Positions 25,901 through 37,322 of a DNA stretch of 64,000 nucleotides are shown in pieces. The DNA lies in the NCBI GenBank assembly GCA_000165425.1, contig CT868396.1, positions 270,826 to 334,825 on the forward strand. Direction: 5' to 3'. The stretch's first letter is position 1; each line of letters begins with the position of its first letter. The position numbers and the translations under genes were made by a program. Source of the stretch: Paramecium tetraurelia (lineage: Eukaryota). The notes below the pieces were generated by a model. That model made no database searches, had not been told where the DNA came from, and was given only the letters and a program-made list of their open reading frames with translations.

Positions 25901-27639
25901 TCAATAGCATTTATTTATAATTAATCGAAAGCCTTTTTCCAATCGTATTTGATTTCTGCATAAAAAAACATTAACTAGGATTAATTTCTTTGGCTTGGAA
26001 ATTAATCATATATAGTTTTCAGTATCTTTTCCTACTTTTCAACACTCTCCAATAAATTGTAATATTAATATGTGAAGTCAATCTTGTTCTGCTATTTCAC
26101 TAATAACTACTGCAATTGCAATTTCTATTGAATTATGTCAATCAAACCATCTTTGATACTTTAATTGAAACCCTCAGATTGAACAAACTAATTGATTTTC
26201 ATGGAGAGTTTGGTTTTGTCAGAATGATTTACATCTAATTTTGCATTCAAACTGATGTATAAATTCTATTTGATCATCATAATGAAGAATTTCCATTTAA
26301 TTCTCTATATATAAGATAGATTATTTAGTATTTACTTATTCTCTACTTTACTGTATATTTCATAGACTTCTCCATGATATTATTGAGCAAATAAGAAATG
26401 AATAAGAAAATAAAAGCAATCCTTGGGTTCTTAACTTTAGATTAATTTTTTCATCCTCTCTACCAATCGATAATATAGTTCTTATTCTACGATATCCGAG
26501 AGTACAACCATCTTATTAGGGTTACTTGAGCTTAGCTCTTATATTTTACACTAACATTTGGCATTTTGACATTACTAAGAATGCTTATATTAATAAATAG
26601 AGTTGAGAATACAAGTTTACTGGAATGATTGTTTTTATTAGCTGGATAATGATGAACATATTAGATTATTGACTTCAAATAAATTTAGTATTTAATGATT
26701 TGAAGTAAGCATTAAAAATTACAACCAATTATGTACATAGGTGCCAATTAAAATTAGAAGGGGCGACAAAAGGATCAAAAATATCATGGGTTGATTAATC
26801 TGAGTGATGGAACATAGAGCTATTATACCCCCGCAGGAATGAATGAATATTAAGAGCAGTATTTAACAATTATTAGAGTATTCCTTATAAATATATATGG
26901 AAATGATTTCTAGGAATGTGATCAGTAGAAATATTATAGATTGACCATAATTTGCCACCTCTTTAGAACTAAGTATAAATATGTATGGTTGAATCATTTG
27001 TAAGAGAAATATTAAATAGTCTTGAAAATTGACCTATAATTTTTTGCATATTCTATCTTTCACTATCAATGTTCCCTCAAGGAGAATAAAATAAAATAGG
27101 GAGATAAAATGGATGACTGCCAAATAAACTACGTCATTGATAAACCAACCATAACTATATTCTCTACTTGACCTTTGTAAATTATGGAGAGCTATTATTA
27201 AAAAAGGTATTGAAAACACTACAGAAATGCAAATAAAGAAGAAAGTTATCATTTTTAAAAGGATATTTTAAAAATTTTACTTCCTAATATTTTTTTCAAT
27301 AGTATCTTTTGTATTATAGTTGGCAATTATAACAAAACCAATTCCCAAAAAAATTACCAAATTAAACGCAAATTGTAGGTAATTTTGAAGCGAAGTATTG
27401 GTGAATATCTAATTGATTAGATCTATTAGTAATTGCAATAAAGAATAAAATCGATTTTCAACTACCTCAGAACTTAAAGCTTTAAAGTCACTACTTACAT
27501 CGTATGAACTTGGGTATATAACTAATAATAATGAAAATAATCGTCCTAATGCATAAAATCCTGGAAGCTAAGTGATTTTTAATTGGCAGTCAAAATATCC
27601 AAGTTGAATACAGAACAATTCGATAGATAAGGCAATCAT
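22908..27639 (-). CDS. Large multipass membrane protein with central PAS-like domain, paralog B, ~1,559 aa
   Basis: Same architecture as paralog A, with shared INHxFIEP, SDxGVYVPA and LNDHxERxLR motifs. Two introns (~23 nt near 24641-24663, 29 nt near 23103-23131). Start codon uncertain. Confidence 0.7.
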
Positions 27640-29373
27640 TCGATTTATAAATAAATATTATCGATATTTTTCATATAGGCTTATCAATCAATATTAATAA
27701 ATTGTGAATTAAAGTGAAGCTGAATTCTTAAATCTTCTAATTTAGATACAATGTATAACTTATTTAAAAAATGAAGCAAAGAAATTACTGAGACTCACTC
27801 AATTAAATGCTTAATAACAGATAATTTCTGATCAAAACAATTATTTATATTCACTTTACAAATTTAAATTTACCATACTCTTATGAAAAAGATTGTTAAA
27901 GTGATTCTTACATATATATATTTATTTATAAATAATATCCCATAAAACAAATAATAAAAAGTGGAGAATTTAATACAAATGATAGAATTTACCAATCAAA
28001 ACATAATTTTTTTTGTTAATATAAATCAGCATACTTTAGTTGACAACCTTGGATTTGAAATAACATTTGTTCATTTTAAAAACCACAAATTTAAATATAT
28101 AATGATAAAAATTAATTATTAATTATTAAGTTAATAAATTGTTAGTATATATTTCCTGCTCAAATTTAGTTGGGATAAATCAAACTTCCAAAACATTATA
28201 TCTATGTTTTATGCTCCATTATTTAAAAAATAAGCAGAAGCTAAATTAAATCATATAATATCAATAATTCTCCAAAATTCTTAATTGAATTATAAATGGC
28301 CCCCATTCTCCTAACTATAATGCTAATTTGAGTTTTTTTGATTAAATTAATTGACACCCAATTAAAATAAAATTATTTATCCTAACCTATTAAATACAGA
28401 GTTTAAGGAATCTTGAAGAATTGGAGTTCATAAGCACATCTATTAAGGACACAGACCTTCTTGTAAAATAATAAATATATTTATTTACATAAAATTAACT
28501 TTGAATCAACTGACTTTTTAATATATATAATATTAAATATTACCTATATTACTACTAAAGAAAGGGTATCAGCATCAAATTACTTTAAGAAGATCTTTAA
28601 AAGGTTTAAAGTATAATGTTTGTTATTATCTTCTCTGATTCTTAGATGTTCATTCGCTACACTTCCTATTAAACCCAATATTCCTATACAATTTTTATTT
28701 GAAAATCAATTTATTAAAGTTTCTAATGTTCTAAATGGATCTCAAATTAAATATTGAATATTTATGGCACTTAAAGAAACAGTTCGAGATGATGAGTGGG
28801 ATTATAAAAATAGTATTGACTATTTAACTTGGTATATCAACAATACCTTTTGCCATGCTTATTTAAGAATTCAATTATAAATTTAAAGATGTCTACTAAA
28901 TTAAATATTAATATAAAGTTTAGTGAGACACTTAAGTAATATATATATAAGAATTTCGGTATATTCCCTGTGATTTCGTTCTTGAGGTTTGTAATTTTAT
29001 AGCACTTATCAATTTTATGATCAAATCTAAGCATCCAAATGAGGGTACAATGATTCAACTGGTTATAAGAGTTTCTTACTTTTTTTGAGTTTACTACTTT
29101 CAGATAAATTGTTTACTTTCATAAGCAATATGATTCAACTAACTCAGAAGCACATTACTTGAAAATAGGAAGAATAGTTACAGTTGAGAAAAGGACGTTA
29201 CTACTCTAGCATTACCAATAGTTGAGACTATTACAGAGATGATTATTCCAATGAATGCTCAGACAATTAGTTAAATTAATTTAGTTTACTTGAATAGAAT
29301 GAGATATTGATATCGATATTGATCCATATAAGTGGAGATATAAATATATAAATAAATATATTGATTAATAAAA

Positions 29374-30205
29374 ATGAAAAAAATAATAAGACCACTGATT
29401 GGTTTGATTCAGAGATCATTTTAATAGGCAGCTTAACGTAATGATGATTAATTGATTTTGATTAGCTGTGCCATTTGTGGGAACACAACCATTCATCATT
29501 TCAAAGCACAGAAATATCATGGCATTATATGATTTGACCCCTGAAATAGGGAGTCAACACTTCATTGCCTCTACGGCCACAGTAATTGGTGATGTAGAAT
29601 TGGCATCTCAATGCGTGGTTTGGTATGGTGCAGTCTTAAGAGGGGATCTCAATGGAATCAGGTATTGAATCCAATTAACCTAGAATCCTGAATCGAGTTA
29701 TCATTGGAGAAAGATCAGTGTTGCACACTGCAGCATCATTGCCAAATGGCATGCCAGCTGTATTAAGCATTGGAAATAATGTCATGGTCCAAAATGATTG
29801 CACTCTCTACTCTTGCACTATTGGAGAAAATTGTTTCATTGGCTACAGATCCATCATCCTTGAAGGAGCCAAATTAGAAGATGGGGCAGTTTTAGCACCA
29901 GGAACAGTAGTACCACCTGGAAGACTCATTCCAAGTAATTAATTGTGGGCAGGCAATCCAGCTTAATATGTAAGAGATATAGAAGATGTACTATTATATT
30001 TGATATTAAAACATAGAAAGACTTGAATTAATTATCATATGTGATTGGCAATCAATTTGCTATAGCCAGAGAGCACGATTACGAATATCTACCATACAAT
30101 AGTGCATATCTACAGAAAGAAAATTCTCCAGAAGATTCCAACCCAGAGTTGGTTGCTACATTAAGATAATACGAAAATTGGGAAGAAGGATAGGTCAAGT
30201 TGTGA
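29374..30205 (+). CDS. Gamma carbonic anhydrase-like protein (CAL type, probable mitochondrial complex I subunit)
   Basis: Basic presequence-like N-terminus. ASTATVIGDV...VWYGAVLRGDLN, ERSVLHTA, hexapeptide repeats, WAGNPA. Three introns. Only the first of three Zn-ligand His positions is retained, as in CAL subunits. Confidence 0.88.
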
Positions 30206-30249
30206 GACAAGTTTATAAAATAATAACAGAAATAAAATAATTAATCAAT

Positions 30250-31971
30250 TCATTTCCTTTTGGATCTCTTTGATTGATCTACTTCTCTCAATTTCCAATA
30301 AGGGTTGCTTTCTGCTGTTCTCGAACTGCATCTACTTTTAGGTTAGGATAATCGGTTTATGAAATTCTACTACAAATCTTTTAATTGAGTTTAAGTGTTC
30401 TTATCTTCAAGATGAGGTTTAAGTTTGAAATTAATATCATCTAACTAGAATCTCTATGAACAATTAATGTCTGAACTGTTGAAAGTGTTTGAGATCATTT
30501 CACTTTTATTTTAAATGCTGAAATTCTAGATCTATTATTATTATTGTTGTTATTCATCTAAAATAAGCATGATTTTCTTATATTCCAATTTCGAATTGGC
30601 TAACCATTATTCTTCAGGATGGATCACTGGGGGTTTCGTCTTAAATGTTTTTGAATCGAATTGATTTCTTCCATTTTTGGAGGACAATGAAGATTGAGGG
30701 ACATTCTGGACAAAACTCAAATTCGATCTATAACCCATTTTGGAATTGATCATCTATAAAGGCAATGAGAGAGAATGATCAGATTGTTAATGAAGTGATT
30801 TCTGTTTGAATGGGGCTTTGTTAGGTAATCCAGAGGCTAATGTTTAGAGTATCTTTTTCATAGGTTAAGCCACATTTCTACTGGTTGAATTGATTTTGCA
30901 ATCCAATTTATTCAATTAATGAAGAGACTATTATTGTGATAGCAATCCATTCATCTTTGGAATCTAACTTTTCTTATATTCATAGGGTTGAGCAGGTTTG
31001 GAATTTTGATACACTTCTTTGGAATCATCGAAATCCAAACTATTTTGTGAATGTAACACCATAGGGATGAGAAAAGTGGATTCTATGCAAGATGGTCTCC
31101 TGGAACCTTATATGTCATCATTATTTTATTCAATAAAATTGGAAGTGGAGAGTTCGAACATTTTATCATCTTTATTTAACCCTTGAAATTAAGCAGTTCC
31201 AGGAGTCTCTAACTATTTGGAATTCTTTTTAGTTAACGCCTACCAATCACTTTCCAAAGATTCAAAAGTTATACTATTTGAAATTTATTGATCAATTCTT
31301 GATTGAGTTTAAGTGCAATTCTATAAAATAAACTATAGAGCTTCTTCTTCTTTGCTTTCTCTTCTATATAATTTCAAAGGTTAACATCTGTCTTCATTTG
31401 ATATTAATGTTCTAAAGGATTCCTCAAATGTTTTAGATCTTCTTCTATTGTTAAACTATAACGGTCTATCTTCTATTTATGGTTTATAAAATTAATCTGA
31501 ATCAATTATTAGTTTCTTTTTATCATATTCTTAGCAGGATTATTCTGTAACTTTGACTTGACTACTCTGCATTGTTGAATCCTGATGTCTGACCATGTTC
31601 TTTAGAAGATCCAATAATTGTATATGAGATTCATCATTCTCTTAAACAATTTTTGTACTGCTTCTCTTCCTATGTAATTTCTCTAGGGGATTTCTCACCA
31701 CTGGTGTTTCTTAAAACATTTTCTAATTTAAATCATGAAACCATACTTATGATACACCAGGAAGCGATTTTTCTGAAGATTTGGAACACAATTTCATATC
31801 CAGATTGATTTTAGAGGTGGGTCTCAATTTGTTTCGACTTTCTGCACTCAGCAATTTCGGAGTGCTCTGATTTTGGTGAGGGATGTTTTCTTTGTTTTAA
31901 TTGAGCATTTTTTGGTAATATTGTGTGATGTTGGTTTGAGACTCATTAGCTTCAAACTGCTGATTTCCCAT
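30250..31971 (-). CDS. Hypothetical protein (~573 aa), possible N-myristoylation (MGNQQ)
   Basis: 1,722-nt frame from ATG to TGA in ciliate code. No family recognised. Confidence 0.7.
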
Positions 31972-32139
31972 TAATTAACTAGCAGTTAAAAAAATATAAT
32001 TAATTCTTTTTTTGGGTATTAATAATAAATAATAGAATTTTTGATTTTGATTAAAGGGAGTATGGTTATGTTTTGAGTCTTGTTTTGAGTGTGGAGAAAT
32101 AAAGTTGTAAGATTAAAGTTTAATTAATAATAAATAATA

Positions 32140-35100
32140 ATGGATTATAATGGCTTTTCTATTGAGTGTTAATCAAGTCAACAACTCTGCTATAATACTG
32201 TGAAAGATATGAAGAAGAAGAACTTGGTGAATACGTTGTGGCAAATAGTCAACAAAATGTCTAGGAAGAAAGAGAAAAAGGACAAGTGGAGTGAAAGCAA
32301 CGTGAGTGAGTTCTCGCAAAACATCAACCGAGGGGCTCTATCGTGTTTTGCTGAGCTCTGCACAGAATTGGCTTGCAACAACTAAATTAAGTAAGTGGTT
32401 TACTTTCACAATTAGGGAAGTCAATCTATCGAGATGCAACATCAACATTTACTATGCGATTGAGTTGGCCAATCTGGTTCAGAAGAATACCAACATTTAG
32501 GTCTTAGAATTGGCTGGGTGCAATCTCAATTCCTTCTCTTTGAGCTGTATTTTCAAATCAGTAACTTTTGCCTTATAAGTAGATGATAGATCACACAGGC
32601 CTTACACGTCTGAACCTATCAAACAACAAGGGCTTCACCTTTTCTTCAGCCGAGGACTTCTGCAAATACGTGCTTAAAGGGAAAAACCCTCTAATTGAAA
32701 TCAATTTGAGTTTTTGCAATCTTGACAATGTTTCCTTGTCTCTGATCCTCCCCAATCTCAAATATTTGAGGTCTCTGAAGTAAACTACACTTAATTTTAA
32801 GGCGTTTTATCATTTCCTTAGTCAAATTCAACTCTTCTGAAAGCATCTTAGCATTAAGTAGTGCAATGCTCAATTACACGGGGAACAAGTCACTTGATTA
32901 TTTAGATCTATCGTGGGATCGCATTTAGAATCACGGATTGGAACTACTGAGAGTGGCTTTGTTCATGTCAGTTCGACAGATCAACATTAGATCTTTAAAT
33001 TTAGAATACAATCAATTGACCCAAGATTGTATCGAATCATTGGAAGCAATCCTCTTGAAATTGAATATCGAGGAAATCAATTTGTCAAAAAATAAAATTT
33101 CAGAATTTCAAAATCAACAACTCTTGAACAAAAAAATGACAAGAATAGACCTTTCACACAACAGATTCGAGGAAATTCCAAGTAATTTCTTCCTGAATGT
33201 CCTTTCGTTAAATCTCTCAAACAATTCCATTAAGACCCAAGGAGCTTATCAGATTTCTTAGGTTGTGAGTTCCAAGAAGGTGATGTGGATGGAATTGAAT
33301 TTAAATAACAATGAGATCTCAACCTAAGGATTTGTGTCTCTCATCTATGCACTCAAAGAAAATCAAAGATTGGTCAGCCTATCAGTTGCCAACAACAATA
33401 TAAGTGGTGAAGGAATCCTGGTCTATGTCTTCAATCACGAATAATTGAATCTGTAACACTTAGATCTCTCCTGCAATAATCTCAGGTACGATCTAGTGTA
33501 CGCCTTAATTTCAATGATGAAAGAATGTTAACTAAAGACTTTAGTGCTCTCTAAATTGAGATAGGATGAAAATGATATTTGCAGTGGGAGAGATGAACTA
33601 TTTGAGATCAAATGCACTAATCTAAGGATGCTTGATCTTTCTGAGAATAGTTGTATGATCTCATCTCTGCTAAATTCCTTGTCTCTGCAATACAATAGGG
33701 TCGAGTACCTAAATCTAAACGGTTGCTAAATAAACAAGAGAGCTTTGATTGAATCCTTGTCTTGCTTTTTAAAGAGAACACTGAGTCTTTAAACGTTATT
33801 ATTAGCTCGAAATAATTTGGGGAGTTTGGATGAATAAAGTTTTAAGATCTTTAATGATGGACTCTCAAGTAATCAATCTCTTACTCATTTGGATTTATCT
33901 ACAAACAAACTCAAAATTAAAATCCTTAATCTCATATATGGTTTGGCTAATTGTCGATATTTAAAATCTTTAAATATTAGTAATAATTTAATTTATGAAA
34001 CAAGAAACCTAATTCATGATTTCCCAAAATTATTTCTAAATCCAAATCTCTAATCAATAGATATATCTAAGAATTTAATAGGAAGTCAAACCTTATTGCA
34101 CACTAGAGAAACACTCTTTAAATATTATCGTCCCTTCCCTCAAATGAACTTATCAAAACAACAATTCACTGCCGATGACTTACACATAATCACCCAAATT
34201 ATTTCAGAGTGTCAATCAATCAAGAAGTTAGAATTATCAGATAATGATTCTCTTGACTACATGAACAATGTGATGACATACGGAGAGAATGTCAAGGTGG
34301 AATCCCTATCAATAAACAAAATCCTGTTTCGACAGGACAGCTTCTTGAATTTGCTCTACACTATCGAGTTGAATTTCAGACACATAAGATTCTTGGAAAT
34401 CTCCAATACTTTGCTATTCCAAGAACAACTCATATAATTGTTGTCCTCAATAAGGTTGATCAAAAATTTGGTTGTCATAATATTGGACTATCAATCATTC
34501 AAAGAAAATGACGAACAAGTACTTGAAGCCCTCTACTCTTGTTTGCATTGTTTCCGCAACCTAAAACACTTCAGTGTCAGAAAATCCACATTGAGTATGC
34601 CATTCTACGTTTTCGTTTCTGAACTGCTGCGAAAATCTCAAAAGTTACTAGAACTAGACTTAAGTGGTAATGTGCTGAATGCGAATGACTTTCAGATCTT
34701 GTGTGATGGATTGTTCGTCAATAAAAGTGTGACAAGTATATATGATATAGTAATTAGCTTTGAATTTTCGAAATTGCAAGCTTACAGATGAATCCTGCTT
34801 ATCATTAGTGCCCTGTCTGCATTCTCTTTCTCAAATTAAGAACGTGGACGTCTCTCAGAATGAGATTACTTTGGGGTTTCTGCAATAGATGGAGTAAATA
34901 TTGGGAGGACAGAGATGCTCAGTGCAAAACCTAAAGATATAGAATATTTAAACTTATTGGGACATCGAATAGGTTCCCTCTACCAATAAATTCAGTAATC
35001 TCTTTCATAATTTAAACAACATCGACATTTCAATGAATTATAAATAAAATGAGAATTTCATTTAGATATTGGATGGATTCATATAGACCAAGATTCTTTA

Positions 35101-37300
35101 GAATGTGCAGGTGTTGAGTGTGAATAATTGTGGGATTATGGATGATTAATGCAAGATCTTGGCTAATTTGATAGAGGATAATGCGATAATTCAGGAGGTT
35201 TCTTTGATTGGCAATAGAGTGACCAGTAGAGGATTTAAGACTATTTTCGATCCCATTCTAAGGAACAGTAGTTTTTTACAGCAATTAAATGTTTCGAAGT
35301 AAAAGAAGTTTTATAAATTTAAGAAACTTTATCAAGGATCAATATTTCAATGAGTTGACATCGGCTTAGATTATTCCTCTGAAGCATTTCAGAATATTGA
35401 TAATGGACGGGAATTTGTTTCAGGGATTCAGGAATTCAGGTCTGATTCCGTTATTATAGAAGAATCCTAAGTTGTATATTTATAATAATTGGATCAATGT
35501 GACTGAAGGCTTTGCCAAACAAATAGTTGAACAGTATGTGATATTTGTTAATGATTATAATATCTCCAAAGGAATACCAAAATATTTGACGTCTCTTATC
35601 ATTAGGGACACTAAGTTGAGTGATCAATTTTATATTTGGTTTGGATCCCAATTCTTTCGATTACCTTATTTGGAGTATATAGATTTTAGAGGGAGTTCTG
35701 AATAGATGACGAGTTTGAGCAAGATGCATATGTATATAGACATAGTTAATGAGAATTTTGTGAATTACAATCTGATTGAGGTTTGTTTCGATCAGAACTA
35801 AGACAACGAGTAAGAGCATTATTATCTAATAGACCTAATCATTTTGACGATGGATTGTTTAAGTATTGGCTGCAAAATTTAAAGGATTTCTTACAAAATA
35901 AGAATCACATCTCATTGCAAAAGATGGGAGTGATAGTAAATGACATAGAGTAAGTGAGATGGGGTAAAATAGGCAAATGGATTGTTCATATCATCAACAC
36001 AACCCTCAACTTGATCTAGACCCAAAGTTACGATTTCAGATTTAGCAGTTCATTGCACAGCTACACACGCAAACAATTGACAAGAATACGAATCAGCATG
36101 ATAGCAGGCACCATAACTGAAATCATAAAGATCTCTTTGGGAATAGGTGCCATTTTGATGCCTAGCCAATTGGATGTAGTTCTCCAGGAGTGTAGAAGCT
36201 TGACTCATTGTTTTGGAAACGATGTAGGTGCTGCATTCTACGGAGAAGCCATCATCATAATAGTGTTGGTCTTGTTTCAATCTTGCTTTGGCCTTTGGTT
36301 TTCAATTTAAATCCGATTGCATGCCACTCCTGATTACTGCATCCAGACTTCTGATATGATTCGATATCAGCACTTTAAATTGGCTCACAAATCTGAAGTC
36401 TGGTTATATGTCCTGCAACTCATCATATCATACAATTATTTGTTAGAATGCAAAATAATAGGGACTATTTTTGAAATGCTCTCATCCATCAACACAAATC
36501 CATCAAGAGATTTCGGAGCTCTGAAATTCGACCTAATTTTGATGCTCAGTTTTATCATTTCACTCATCTTATTCAAGGCTGTCTTCTAGTTATACATCAC
36601 AATAAAATCTTTATTGATCTTCCTCTATGCTCCTGTGGCAGATCAAGCAAAATTGTTTCAGGCTTGCTTCATCAAAGTGTAGGCGGATCATATGCTAAAT
36701 ATTGAGAGTGTTCTCAAGAATTACTGTCCTCAAAATGGCATATACATCAAGGGGAAATTGTGGAATTACAAACAGCTTTTTGAACCTATCCAAGGCCTTT
36801 TGGATTTGGGGCTGTTGATTTGCATAGCGGTACTTACCAAACTCAGGAGACAATTCTTTCTGATATTTAAATTTGAAGAGTTGTACACTACTACTGACAT
36901 AATTATTTTGATTTTTCTATGCAAGTCCTCCATTAAAATAGTCAAGCATTTCTATTGTGCTCTTATTTCGAGGCCTCCTTAATTGAAAGTGTCTGATCTG
37001 AATGAAGCATTGCTGATAAGAAGGTATCAGAAGATGGGCAATTCACTTTAGATTGTGTAAAAGTATCCCAAAATCTCTATCAAGAAGTTAAGGATATCTT
37101 CTTCACAATTAATTAGTAAGAAGAGCAGCGTTGATTTCAAGATGGGAGCCTTCATTAAAACCAGGAGCGATCGAAGCATCGTGATTCAGAGAGAGAGTTT
37201 CAATGAAAATGATGTGGATTACATTCCAGAGAGCATCCAAATGCCAATGGGTGCCATTCAAAATAAGTCCATGAAGAATATCTAATTAAAACACTTTTGA
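32140..37300 (+). CDS. Leucine-rich-repeat (RNI-like) protein with C-terminal multipass membrane domain, paralog 1, ~1,673 aa
   Basis: Many LxxLxLSxNxI repeats from about 32420 to 35700. About six hydrophobic segments at ~36080-36980. Six introns (32391-32415, 32561-32582, 32780-32801, 34736-34757, 35299-35323, ~35810-35832) give 1,674 codons. Confidence 0.85.
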
Positions 37301-37322
37301 TTAAATAAATTAATATAAATTT

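Noticed and set aside
29374..30205. Loss of Zn-binding histidines in gamma-CA-like as a novel pseudoenzyme
   Set aside because: This is already established for CAL-type complex I subunits.
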